A DNA stretch of 64,000 nucleotides from a virus: the IMG/VR virus record IMGVR_UViG_3300042518_001688, positions 19,409 through 83,408 of that record, one strand, 5' to 3'. A model generated the notes under the pieces. That model did no database searches, was not told the DNA's origin, and worked only from the letters and a program-made list of their open reading frames with translations. The position numbers and the translations under genes are program-made. Each line of letters opens with the position of its first letter. Position 1 is the stretch's first letter. Below, piece by piece: positions 1 to 9,745 of this stretch.

Positions 1-2
1 GC

Positions 3-233
3 ATCACACTCTCCCTTTCACTGGAACACAAAGCCAAACTTGAACAAAAAGCCTTAGAGTTTGGCTGTTTATGGGGCGATCGCCCTAACATTTCATCGCT
101 ACTAAAAGCGATCGCAGATGGTGAACTACTGCTTTCAAAAGCAGACAAACCCGCAAAGCAAAAGCGGGCATTAATCAAGAATGCGATCGCCAGCATTCAA
201 GACGCACTCACAATTTTACTGGAGTTAATTTAA
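3..233 (+). CDS. Partial RHH-like DNA-binding protein resembling the N-terminus of cyanobacterial WYL regulators
   Basis: Manual translation: ITLSLSLEHKAKLEQKALEFGCLWGDRPNISSLLKAIADG...; start lies outside window. Confidence 0.6.
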   Translation: MTLSLSLEHKAKLEQKALEFGCLWGDRPNISSLLKAIADGELLLSKADKPAKQKRALIKNAIASIQDALTILLELI

Positions 234-234
234 A

Positions 235-501
235 ATGATTGAAAATTTAAGAACGCTTGATCATACATACAGCGAACCCAATGTATTGACAAATTTAAAC
301 CGGTCAATAGACCGCGATAATTTAACTTATCAATTCTTTGATAGTTACTCTGAAGATGTCAAGAGACTAATAAGTGACAGTCAAGGATATTACATAGATT
401 GTCCTTACTTCAATTCACAAGAAGAACAAGAGAAATTTGAAAATGACTGGATTATTATTTCTCGTTCAGAAGGACAGGTTAGATTAAGTAAAAAGAATTA
501 G
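235..501 (+). CDS. Hypothetical protein
   Basis: 88-aa ORF starting 1 nt after upstream stop, GGAG RBS. Confidence 0.55.
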   Translation: MIENLRTLDHTYSEPNVLTNLNRSIDRDNLTYQFFDSYSEDVKRLISDSQGYYIDCPYFNSQEEQEKFENDWIIISRSEGQVRLSKKN

Positions 502-590
502 CGATCGCCACAACCAGCCCTCGCTTTCCTTTCCCCTTCACCAAATACCAAGCGATCGCACTAGCAATAAATAGGCGATCGCTTAATTAT

Positions 591-995
591 TTATTTTTTC
601 TTCTGATAAGCTTGTCTCTCTGGCGCGTGATTTTTGTGGACTTCGCAATATGGATAAATTGCGTCGCTTCTTAAATTAGAATTGCACACAAGGCAGTTCA
701 TACTAGCTGCTATTTCACTAGCTATGGGCGTATCCGGATCAAATGATGTTGTGACAATAGCTATAGGTTTACCCGCTTCTTTAATGGCTTGCCATTTACA
801 TCTATTCCTGTAGTGGCTAACTATGGGTGCTGCTAACCAGTAGGGTATTCTCCCACAGGATATAATTAGTCCCTTTGTTCCATTAATTTCCGGGAATGTC
901 ATCTGTAGTAAGTCTAGTCTATCTGCTTTTCCCCTGACTTGAATAAATATCCAAGTCTCCAAGTCTTTTTCTACGGTGGTAATTTTTGTAGTCAT
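591..995 (-). CDS. Divergent Csx3/Crn3-like protein with C-terminal Cys/His (Zn-finger-like) tail
   Basis: KGLIISCGRIPYWLAAPIVSHY resembles the Csx3 GVVLSGRxPxWL motif; CLVC...C..H tail. Confidence 0.55.
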   Translation of the reverse strand: MTTKITTVEKDLETWIFIQVRGKADRLDLLQMTFPEINGTKGLIISCGRIPYWLAAPIVSHYRNRCKWQAIKEAGKPIAIVTTSFDPDTPIASEIAASMNCLVCNSNLRSDAIYPYCEVHKNHAPERQAYQKKK

Positions 996-1107
996 AATCA
1001 ACATTTTAGCTAATTTTAAAGTAATTATAGTAGGATGCTTGACAACTTACTATAATCTTTGCTATTGTAGTTTACATAAGAAAAAGCCAGCCAAGGAGCT
1101 ACTACGT

Positions 1108-1410
1108 ATGTCCACTTACAATATTGACTTAGTTGATGGCATTGTAAAAGTTGGCTTTGGTGAGCCAGCGCAAAATGACCAAATCGTTAAAGATGCAAAA
1201 GCCCTAGCTGATGCCTTAGTATCTTCCGGCGAATTAAATGGTCAATTGGTTAAGATTAGCGGACCCGCTTCTCTTCCTGTTGCTTTTGTTTTAGCTAAAT
1301 CTTTTTCTGCGGTTGCTGCGGCGATCGCTTGCTATGATCCCAAATTGCAAAAATATGTGGTTGCTATCAGCCACAATCCTAAATATCAAATTGGTGATTT
1401 AGTTGATTAA
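1108..1410 (+). CDS. csx3: CRISPR-associated ring nuclease Csx3/Crn3 family protein
   Basis: VGFGEPAQNDQIV...KISGPASLPVAFVLA...YDPKLQKYVVAISHNP typical of cyanobacterial Csx3; AAGGAG RBS before ATG 1108. Confidence 0.8.
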   Translation: MSTYNIDLVDGIVKVGFGEPAQNDQIVKDAKALADALVSSGELNGQLVKISGPASLPVAFVLAKSFSAVAAAIACYDPKLQKYVVAISHNPKYQIGDLVD

Positions 1411-1475
1411 TTAGTTAAAAGCGATTTGATTTGCTCGTTGCAAAATATCAAGTCGCTTTTTTTTATGAGGATTTT

Positions 1476-1922
1476 ATGCAACAAAAATGCTTAGAAAAAT
1501 GGAATAGCAATTTATTTTGGGAGTTAGTTGATCCTCCTAAAATAAATATCCCCAGCCATCTTGGTTGGGTTGAATATGAGGAATACATGAAAGCCATTCT
1601 GGTTAATTGTGTTCCTGGAGAACTCGGTAGATTATTGGTAGACTTCCCTGCTAACTCTACTGAAGATAATAAACTACACACGCATCCAGCAAGCGATCGC
1701 TGTGTAACAGTCATCAAAGGTAGTGGAGATTTTATCTGCTATCGTGACAAAAAAGTTCAAACTTTTCCTTTAGTTCCTGGCGTTCGTGTCTGGATGCCCA
1801 GGGGGATTTTACACACTTTTAAGAGTGGAAATGAAGGGTTGTTAGTTGAGAGCCTACACAATCCCTTTATTCCACTAGATCATCCCAAATGCTTGATTTA
1901 TCCAAAGTTAGCAATTGAGTAA
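1476..1922 (+). CDS. Cupin domain protein
   Basis: LHTHP...VIKGSG and PRGILHTF cupin motifs; GAGG RBS before ATG 1476. Confidence 0.75.
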   Translation: MQQKCLEKWNSNLFWELVDPPKINIPSHLGWVEYEEYMKAILVNCVPGELGRLLVDFPANSTEDNKLHTHPASDRCVTVIKGSGDFICYRDKKVQTFPLVPGVRVWMPRGILHTFKSGNEGLLVESLHNPFIPLDHPKCLIYPKLAIE

Positions 1923-2226
1923 TTTAATTATGCGTCAAGAGTGGCTAGGTTTGTTAAGAGATTTGCCAGTCTCTATAAATAATTTGGCTGATCCTAGTAT
2001 TCTGCGGCTTTCCACAGAGGCAAAGCTAAACCAGTTGGTGAGCGATCGCCATACTGGGCCAGTTGCCATCATCAAATCAGGCTTACTTCGTGCGCCCGTT
2101 ATCCCTCATAATTTTAATTTAAAATCTGTCAGTCTCCTACAAAGACGTACTAGATATTTGGGATGTTTAAAATCCTGGTTGAACTTGTTACATAACCAAG
2201 GAATTACAGGAAATTTCATGCTATGA
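1915..2226 (+). CDS. Hypothetical protein
   Basis: ORF overlapping cupin stop; no motif recognised. Confidence 0.35.
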   Translation: MSNLIMRQEWLGLLRDLPVSINNLADPSILRLSTEAKLNQLVSDRHTGPVAIIKSGLLRAPVIPHNFNLKSVSLLQRRTRYLGCLKSWLNLLHNQGITGNFML

Positions 2227-2243
2227 GAGATGGAATGTATTTT

Positions 2244-3029
2244 CTAATTAAATAGTTTTATTATGCCTCTAATCAATTGAAAATGCGGGATATTATCAAG
2301 TCTAAGTTGATTTTGCAAAACCTCCTTGCCAACAATACCACCACAAGTTAATAGGCATACTGCTGATGATTGAGCAAGGATTTTATCCGTTGATAGCAGA
2401 AATGAACCGATTGTTTCAAGTAAATGGTGGTTATTAATTTGAGTTTCTGTATCAGCTAAAACTGACACAATTTTATGTCTAGCTGGTGATGACATATTCT
2501 GAAGTTCAATAGCTAGGCTTGCTTGATATTCATCGGATTCGTCTGCTAACCAGTCAACTATTGTTTCTGCAATTTCATAAAGAGCATCTTCATCTTCTAG
2601 CCCTGCGCGTAACTGATTAAGAAATTCCTTAATGTGAATAGGAAAATCATTTAATCCTATGAGACTCAATTGAGGCGCTGTTACTGTAGAATTTAAAAAA
2701 ACTTCATTCCCAGGTCTTTGCAATGGTGTGTCAGGGCTTAATAGAATAGTAGCTTGCCCACTGAGTAACTTAAATAAAGTTTCTTGGTCAATTAAAAGTT
2801 TTTCACTATTATGTTTAATATAATCTCTCAATAGATCCAAATTTACAGATGATGATCGAGTATTTGTTGGTACGTCAGTATTAACATTGGTAAATACACT
2901 TCCTATGGTTTCATCTTGCCTAACCTTCAATTGGTTCTGGTTGTAAGCATTGATGTAATTCCTGGGTAATACACCACTGGAAAAAGTTTCTGGCTTCTTG
3001 ATTAAATTTGTTGAGGTTTCCATTAACAT
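2244..3029 (-). CDS. Hypothetical protein with C-terminal HEAT-like helical region (partner of TIGR04255 protein; true start probably downstream)
   Basis: Helical C-terminus, co-oriented and overlapping with upstream gene. Confidence 0.5.
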   Translation of the reverse strand: MLMETSTNLIKKPETFSSGVLPRNYINAYNQNQLKVRQDETIGSVFTNVNTDVPTNTRSSSVNLDLLRDYIKHNSEKLLIDQETLFKLLSGQATILLSPDTPLQRPGNEVFLNSTVTAPQLSLIGLNDFPIHIKEFLNQLRAGLEDEDALYEIAETIVDWLADESDEYQASLAIELQNMSSPARHKIVSVLADTETQINNHHLLETIGSFLLSTDKILAQSSAVCLLTCGGIVGKEVLQNQLRLDNIPHFQLIRGIIKLFN

Positions 3030-3705
3030 CTTTTATCTCCGTTATATTTTCAGTGTGAAAATCAGCATCTATAAAATAACCCAGTTCAGTAGATTCTTTT
3101 TTCCGTGCAAGTCCATACCGAACACTCATTATTGCATCTGCATAACCCAGACGGCACATGAAAAACGAGAATGCGTCAGGAAAATTATCTTCTGGCAAGT
3201 CCTCAGCCGCAAATATACCTAACATTGGTGGTTTAAGTAGGTCTCGCCAGTGCCTATTCTCTAAACCCAGTTCAGAGCGCATAATAAAGTCCTGGTATCG
3301 CAGTCCAATTCTGGTAAAGTATGACGGTTGATAGTGTTTGACCACTAATTCAATAGCAGTAGATAGTCGCTTACTGAAATCCTCCCAACTGGTATATTTC
3401 AAAGTAGAAAGGGCTATAAAGTCACTTGATAAAACAAGTTTCCATACTCCTTCTTTGTCAGCAAACTCGTAAGAAAAGCCTTGTCCTAACAGCAACGGAG
3501 GTGAATTAGGTTGTGGGTTGGACGATATAGACATTTCAATGGATTGAGGTTGACTGAATAGTGGATAATCAGACCTCACCGCTTCCTGAAAGTCTACAGG
3601 AGCTTCTTTCTCAATTTTTAATATTTTTGGAAACCTAAGTTGACAAATTACTTCCACAAGAGGATTGCGGGAATATCTAACGCGAGGAGATTCAGGAAAT
3701 TTCAT
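2920..3705 (-). CDS. TIGR04255 family protein
   Basis: YSRNPLVEVICQLRFP N-terminus, YTSWEDF and RIGLRY motifs. Confidence 0.8.
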   Translation of the reverse strand: MKFPESPRVRYSRNPLVEVICQLRFPKILKIEKEAPVDFQEAVRSDYPLFSQPQSIEMSISSNPQPNSPPLLLGQGFSYEFADKEGVWKLVLSSDFIALSTLKYTSWEDFSKRLSTAIELVVKHYQPSYFTRIGLRYQDFIMRSELGLENRHWRDLLKPPMLGIFAAEDLPEDNFPDAFSFFMCRLGYADAIMSVRYGLARKKESTELGYFIDADFHTENITEIKDVNGNLNKFNQEARNFFQWCITQELHQCLQPEPIEG

Positions 3706-4015
3706 AGACTTGTTTAACTTAGCTAATCGGCAACCAAATTAAGGTTCTGTTTAAGACATAGATAAAGGTATACCTAAAAAACTCAGGTTGAAGTAAATAA
3801 TAAAACTCTGTATAGAGATTTATAGAAATTTTGAGTTTGGTTAACCCAAAATTAACCTTCTCACTTTTATATGATTTTAATTCTAAAACACTATATATTT
3901 CCTGTCTTCCGCACTCCTAAATAGACATTTTACAATCTCTTTACACAAAAAATTGATAGTCAAGTTATGATTTCAGTATTATGACCATGAATCAGTAGTA
4001 TAGCTTATCACGAGC

Positions 4016-4225
4016 ATGAGTGCCGAATATTCCGAAGATATCCTAGTTCAACAAACCACAGCAGACTTCTTTGAACATACCCTGAAATGGCATTGCGTTT
4101 ACGCCTATAATCAGGAAACCTTCGGTATTGACGGTACACTGGGACGCAAAGACAAAAAAGAAATAGTCCTCAAACGCTATCTCCGGGAAGCACTAGCAAA
4201 AATAAACCCTGGTCATCCCCAGCAA
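4016..4225 (+). pseudogene. hsdR: Type I restriction enzyme R subunit N-terminal fragment
   Basis: YSEDILVQQTT...ETFGIDGTLGRKDKKEIVLKRYLREALAKINP is the HsdR N-terminus; similarity ends after ~69 aa. Confidence 0.75.
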
Positions 4226-5195
4226 GTATTACGACTACTAAGGCATCTTCAGCAGTCAAACTACGAATGCGGTCTTTCATTTGCCGTGCCGCAGCAATTG
4301 TTGGAACTCTTATATAAGTAGCGCACTCAGGAAGTCCCTTGGCTCGGTCTAGTTTCATCCGACCATGCGCCCACAAAATTGCTTTTTCAACCCAACCGCC
4401 TTGAACATCAATGGCTGTATTTAAAGAATCAGTTAACTGTTGTTCATTAGTTGCGTTAGTAAAAGTTTTACCGTTGTAGACAGCACGACCTCTACGATAG
4501 GAAAATTCCCCTTCCATTGTCACAAACGAAAAAGCAGGAATTATGCCATCACGCAAGGCATCTTCCAATCTATACTGGAAGTCAGGAACGCATTGGTAAG
4601 CATTCTCTTCCACAGGGGTATAAGTTAGCCAGTTACCCAAAATCCTCTTGTTATCGGAACGGAACGGTGTACCGGAAGTCATTAATCGGTGGGATACAAT
4701 CGCATCTGGAAACGCTTGTTCACAAGCTTGGCCAAAAGCTAAATCGGAACTAACATGATGAACTTCGTCCAGAATCACCAATAATTTGCGTGCTACAGTT
4801 CTGGATAAATGATCTAGAAGCGAGTCAGAGTTACCTGAATAACTGAGCCATTGATAACTGACAACCAAACCGTGATAAGATTGTGATAATAACTCTTCTG
4901 GTGTGGGCAACCTGCCTAAGCTTTTCACAGTCCCTGAGTAAAAAAGATTAAGGTTAAAAAGATTGAAAGCATCCTGGGCATATTGCCGTTTCAAGTGTTC
5001 TGCCGGAACAACAACAACCAGAAATTTCCAGTCAAAACCATTTTTGAGAGAATTGAAAGCGTGTAATGCTCCAGCCGTTTTTCCTGCTGATGTACAAGCT
5101 TCAACTAGGAAGTTCTTTTTGGGGTTGGTTTGATATGCTCTGACAAATCTTTCTTGCCTCCATCTTCTGACTTTGCCTTTGGACAGTAAATTCAT
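4170..5195 (-). pseudogene. SF2 (DEAH-type) helicase, C-terminally truncated
   Basis: ACTSAGKT Walker A, LDEVHH, SGTPFR motifs; second RecA domain cut where it runs into the hsdR fragment. Confidence 0.7.
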
Positions 5196-5207
5196 ATTTT
5201 ATTTCTC

Positions 5208-5885
5208 CTAGATCAAAAATGTTGTTGATGAGTTTTCTTTACCTAATCTAATGTCAAACACAGCGTCATAGCATTGCCTACCACTGTTTTTAATCGGCTT
5301 ACCATTTTTAAATTGTGGTATGCCATTAATAGTTTTTTGGCATTTACTCATGGGTTCACCGTCTTTCAAGTAATCAATTCGCTTGGGGATTAAGTGAGTG
5401 TGGTGAATATGTGCTTCTAAGTTTTTTAAGCTTTCACTTCTTGCCTGGCTTGAAAAGGTATCCAGTGGAATTAGGAACAATAATCTCGCAGTTGGATTAT
5501 CGGGATTTAATAGCTTAAGAGAATGGCTAATTGCCTCCATGCACAAACTAAATGGTGGATTGGTGATAATTAAGTCGTAGTAACCACCATGCTGAAATTC
5601 AAAAAAGCTACCATGATATGCAAAACAATGGTTTTTTAGTTGAATAAGTTGCAGGTAGCGAGAATACTTTATTTCTAGAACATCAATTATGCGATCGCTC
5701 GGTAAATACTTCACGATTTGACCACTTCCTGCGAAGGGTTCTAGTATTTTCATATCTGTTGGTAATACTAAGCTTGCGATCGCTTGTGCTTCTTTATCGG
5801 GAGTCTCATAGTCATCATTCGTAAACTCCTCAACCGATCTAATTGATAATAGCTGATTCATGTTATTTTGTTCAGTAGTTTTCAT
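5208..5885 (-). CDS. Amino (N6-adenine/N4-cytosine) DNA methyltransferase
   Basis: LEPFAGSG SAM-binding motif and ITNPPF catalytic motif. Confidence 0.8.
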   Translation of the reverse strand: MKTTEQNNMNQLLSIRSVEEFTNDDYETPDKEAQAIASLVLPTDMKILEPFAGSGQIVKYLPSDRIIDVLEIKYSRYLQLIQLKNHCFAYHGSFFEFQHGGYYDLIITNPPFSLCMEAISHSLKLLNPDNPTARLLFLIPLDTFSSQARSESLKNLEAHIHHTHLIPKRIDYLKDGEPMSKCQKTINGIPQFKNGKPIKNSGRQCYDAVFDIRLGKENSSTTFLI

Positions 5886-5916
5886 TGTTATTCTTCTAGT
5901 TTTGGGGAGAAATAGA

Positions 5917-6162
5917 TCATAAAGTTTTAAATCCATACAAATTCCAAATCCAAGTTTTACCGTTTCTGGTAATTTCCTGGGGTCTGTCAATTACCACGTC
6001 AAAATTTCTGCCGCGACAATTTTTATTACTTGACCAAGTTTGTAACATTCTTTGTTCTGAACACTCTCTATCGAGAGATTTCATCCGCATCCAACGACCA
6101 TCAGAATCCTTAAAGTAGTTACCGCAAATGCCTACTTTTTCTCCATTTTTTAATGTTATCAT
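5917..6162 (-). CDS. Hypothetical phage protein
   Basis: 81-aa ORF in leftward operon. Confidence 0.5.
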   Translation of the reverse strand: MITLKNGEKVGICGNYFKDSDGRWMRMKSLDRECSEQRMLQTWSSNKNCRGRNFDVVIDRPQEITRNGKTWIWNLYGFKTL

Positions 6163-6217
6163 TTTTCCCTACCATCAAAAGAAATTTTGTTAGCGATCTG
6201 CTTGATTATGTACCGCA

Positions 6218-7558
6218 TTAATAACCACCTGTGGCTAAATTTCTGAACTTGGTATATTGCGGATCAAACAGAAGTTTAACTGTTCCTGTTGGTCCATTCC
6301 GATGCTTGGCAATAATTATCTCGGCAATCCCTCTGTCTGGAGTATCGGGATTGTAGTATTCATCCCGATACAACATCATCACGATATCTGCATCCTGTTC
6401 TATAGATCCGCTTTGACGTAAATCAGACAACATAGGGCGTTTATTGGTTCTTGCCTCAACCCCACGATTTAACTGAGATAAGGCAATAATTGGTACATTC
6501 AATTCCCTGGCTAACTTCTTTAGTCCGCGAGTGATTCTGGATATTTCCTTAACATCATCATCACCAGAACCACCCATCAGTTGCAAATAATCAATCACCA
6601 CTAAGCCCAAATCACCCTTTGCTTTTTGGAGTCTCCGACATTGCGATCGCACATGATTGACTGTAATATCTGCGGTGTCGTCAATGTAAATTTCTGACTC
6701 GCTTAACGAGTTGATGGCGCGAAACAAAGAATCCCATTGAGTGCTAGAAACCTTACCAGTTCGCAAGGATGACGACTCAATTCCTGTCTCACTGGACAAT
6801 AGCCTTTGAACTAATTGATCCTTGCTCATTTCTAAGCTAAAGAATGCGATCGGCATCTTGGCTGCACCTATGTAATGCGCCATATTCAAAGCAAATGCTG
6901 TTTTGCCGAGCGATGGCCTAGCTGCCACGATAATTAAATCGGAGCGTTGAAAGCCACTGGTCATTGCATCTAAATCATAAAACCCGCAAGGTATTCCCGG
7001 TGACGCAGTGCCATTAGACCTGGTTTCAATATCTTGATAGGTAGTAATTAGCGTTTCTGATATATGAACTAATCCCGACTCTTTCTTCTCTTCGGCAATG
7101 GTACTGATTCGCTGGTCTATCCTGTCCCGAATCTCAGGTAGTTCAGTTTCGGTTTGGTATCCCAACTCAATTAGGTCATTACCTGCCTTGATGATGTTTC
7201 GGCGCTCATACAACTCCATCAGCCTTTTAGCTTGGAAATCAATATTTACGGCGGAAACAACACTATCGGCTAAACTAGCAATCTTATTTCTGCCACCTAC
7301 CGTTTTCAAGAATCCCTTGTCTGTCAACCAACCAGTAATCGGACCCAATGATACAAGAGGCAATCCCTTGGAGTGAAGATCCAAAAACCCCTTGTAGATG
7401 GTCACATGAGATGAATCAGAGAATGCTTCAAACTTGAGGATGTCAATAACTCTACCCATTGCTTCGGGGTCAAGCATTATCCCCCCTAGAATTGCCTCCT
7501 CGCATTCGATATCGGTAGGGGGCAATCCGTGATTACTACGGAAGTTTAAATCTGTCAT
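6218..7558 (-). CDS. dnaB: Replicative DNA helicase DnaB
   Basis: AARPSLGKT, FFSLEMS, IDYLQL, LSQLNR, DLRQSGSIEQDAD, KHRNGPTG. Confidence 0.97.
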   Translation of the reverse strand: MTDLNFRSNHGLPPTDIECEEAILGGIMLDPEAMGRVIDILKFEAFSDSSHVTIYKGFLDLHSKGLPLVSLGPITGWLTDKGFLKTVGGRNKIASLADSVVSAVNIDFQAKRLMELYERRNIIKAGNDLIELGYQTETELPEIRDRIDQRISTIAEEKKESGLVHISETLITTYQDIETRSNGTASPGIPCGFYDLDAMTSGFQRSDLIIVAARPSLGKTAFALNMAHYIGAAKMPIAFFSLEMSKDQLVQRLLSSETGIESSSLRTGKVSSTQWDSLFRAINSLSESEIYIDDTADITVNHVRSQCRRLQKAKGDLGLVVIDYLQLMGGSGDDDVKEISRITRGLKKLARELNVPIIALSQLNRGVEARTNKRPMLSDLRQSGSIEQDADIVMMLYRDEYYNPDTPDRGIAEIIIAKHRNGPTGTVKLLFDPQYTKFRNLATGGY

Positions 7559-8331
7559 GGTTTTATCGCCCCGATCGCTTTCAATTTCTCACTTAACTCA
7601 ATTCGCTGTTCTTCTGTAATGGGTACGCCTTCCTGCACGGGCTTCTTAGAAGAACCGGGGGTTTCGTTATACTTGGTCTTGAATGATTTCCACAGTTCAC
7701 CGGATATCAGAGAGGATATGGTTAATTCCATGCCAACTGACTCAAGGCACAACCGACCTTTTTCTGATAGTTGAGAGAGGTGGTATTCTTTCTCGCCTCG
7801 GCAAGCTCTCTCAACATGATCCCAATCGTAGGCGATATCTACAATTACTTCCTGGATTTCCAATACCGCAGCCTGGGGTAAGCACAAAACGGATTTATCA
7901 ATTGGTTGGGTGTGGACGGAAATAAACTGCTTTTCCAGTTTTGGTAATTCCTTGGGGTCAGCAAACTTAACCGAACCCAGACCACCGATCGCTTGCAATG
8001 CAGTCCTAGCTTGCGGATTGAGTTGCAATAGTTTCTCCCTAGCTTCTGGGATTGGCAGGGGAACTATCTGAGCGATCGCTCCCCAATCCTGAAGTGCTTG
8101 GGCTTCTTTATTGGGTTTGACAAACTCAATGATTTTCTCAACCGGTGGCATAAACTCACAACGGGCGATCGCTGTTTCGACAGCTTGAAGCCATTCTTGG
8201 TCGTTCAGGTGTTGGGATGCAGTATTTAACCAAACACCCTGAATTAATGGGTTGCTTAATTTACCAGCTTCTCTTGGCCATTGTGCAGCGATCGCCTCTA
8301 AGCCAATTTGAAAGGACTCAGGAGTTATCAT
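7555..8331 (-). CDS. Putative helicase loader/inhibitor-like protein (DUF6475-like)
   Basis: Between initiator and dnaB; W...AVETAIARCEFMPPVEKI and ALQAIGG motifs. Confidence 0.5.
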   Translation of the reverse strand: MITPESFQIGLEAIAAQWPREAGKLSNPLIQGVWLNTASQHLNDQEWLQAVETAIARCEFMPPVEKIIEFVKPNKEAQALQDWGAIAQIVPLPIPEAREKLLQLNPQARTALQAIGGLGSVKFADPKELPKLEKQFISVHTQPIDKSVLCLPQAAVLEIQEVIVDIAYDWDHVERACRGEKEYHLSQLSEKGRLCLESVGMELTISSLISGELWKSFKTKYNETPGSSKKPVQEGVPITEEQRIELSEKLKAIGAIKP

Positions 8332-9241
8332 TTTTGTTCTCCCATAGGTGTGCGTGGAATACTATTTTGGGTGCTGATTCTTGTTGCTTGGTGTAAGAAT
8401 TTAAAGCTTTTTGTCCTTGGGCGATTTGTGATTTATCTACTCCTGGTACAGCCCGTCCAATATCCTTTGAATTACCGCCTTCAACCCTTGCTTTATATTC
8501 TGGGTTATTTTCCATTGCTGTAGCGTGAGCGTCGGAATATTTAAAGAGTTTCTCGTTGGTGCAAAGGTTGTCTAAATCCCACTGTCCACTTCTGCACCAA
8601 TCAGTAGATTTATCCCCTTCCCTAGCCCAAGTCAAGGCATCAATAAACTTTTGAGGGGCATCATCAGGATACATCTCAATCAACCTTTTAATAGCCTTCA
8701 TTGAATTACTGGGAATCCATTGGTGCTTTGTCCAGGTTGTTAATTTATACTCCATGTAGATAGGCAGGAATATTCTATCTATCTCTAAATCCTGTGCTGA
8801 TCTTGGTTTGGTGGTTTTCTTTTTGGTTACTGTTTTTGGTTCTGCGACAACTATCTGACTAGATTCTTGTGGGATAGCTACAGGTAAAGGTAGTTGCTCT
8901 ACTACCTCTTCTTTCTTTTCTGGTTCTACTACCTCACCAATCCCCGCCAGCTTTGCATCAACAACTTTATGATTAACCCGAAATCTGATTATTTCTGGGT
9001 CATCTTCCTGTGTTTCCATTAGTCCCCGTTCTACAGCGATCGCTAATGCTGCATCAATCTCTTCCTTGGTCATCCCTGTGTCCTTTTGCCATTGGACATA
9101 GGTTCTGGGAACAAAACGCCCACCGGAATTTGCTACGAGTTCATAATTGACGGCTTGAGTCAGCAATAAACCGCCTAGTACACCCGCGATCGCGCAAAAA
9201 GGACGTTGCAAAATAATCGGTTTGAAAAAAGTAGACAACAT
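8318..9241 (-). CDS. Phage replication initiator-like protein (N-terminal winged helix)
   Basis: GGLLLTQ...QWQKDTGMTKEEIDAAL wHTH, low-complexity linker, position upstream of loader and dnaB. Confidence 0.6.
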   Translation of the reverse strand: MLSTFFKPIILQRPFCAIAGVLGGLLLTQAVNYELVANSGGRFVPRTYVQWQKDTGMTKEEIDAALAIAVERGLMETQEDDPEIIRFRVNHKVVDAKLAGIGEVVEPEKKEEVVEQLPLPVAIPQESSQIVVAEPKTVTKKKTTKPRSAQDLEIDRIFLPIYMEYKLTTWTKHQWIPSNSMKAIKRLIEMYPDDAPQKFIDALTWAREGDKSTDWCRSGQWDLDNLCTNEKLFKYSDAHATAMENNPEYKARVEGGNSKDIGRAVPGVDKSQIAQGQKALNSYTKQQESAPKIVFHAHLWENKNDNS

Positions 9242-9320
9242 AGGTTATAAAAGGGAGATACATTAAATCTATTTTTCCTTAGCACGACACTGGTTGGTAT
9301 CCAATATCGTGCTATTTTTC

Positions 9321-9515
9321 TTAGGATACAGTATTGGATTGCCTATTTAAAATGAAAATAGCAGAAGGGCATTCATTACCATTTATATCTTTACTGTCTG
9401 TGCGACACGCATATCCATCAGACATCCCATAGACTTTTCTCTCGATAGTCCATGCAATGCCATACGAATCAACAAACTTCATCCCTGGTTTAATTTCTGT
9501 ATTCGAGTCGAACAT
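9321..9515 (-). CDS. Hypothetical phage protein
   Basis: Small ORF in tightly packed operon. Confidence 0.5.
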   Translation of the reverse strand: MFDSNTEIKPGMKFVDSYGIAWTIERKVYGMSDGYACRTDSKDINGNECPSAIFILNRQSNTVS

Positions 9516-9519
9516 CGCG

Positions 9520-9723
9520 TTATTTTCCTTTTACTTCCTTAACTGTGATATCTTGTTCATCCTCTCTACCAGAGGACATTATTCTTTTTTTAGCGTTATT
9601 AGCGATCGCTTCTGACTTATACTTTTTAGCCTTTGATTCTAAGTCATCCCACTGTCTTTTTGTCGTCCAATACTGGGTTAGCGTAAGACCCATTAACCGA
9701 TATTTTCTTGCCAAAATGTACAT
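9520..9723 (-). CDS. Hypothetical phage protein
   Basis: AAGGAG RBS preceded by HIP1. Confidence 0.55.
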   Translation of the reverse strand: MYILARKYRLMGLTLTQYWTTKRQWDDLESKAKKYKSEAIANNAKKRIMSSGREDEQDITVKEVKGK

Positions 9724-9745
9724 TTATTCTCCTTGGGTGCGATCG

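Noticed and set aside
1-2300. CRISPR array near csx3-like genes
   Set aside because: No regularly spaced repeat-spacer units seen here or elsewhere in the window
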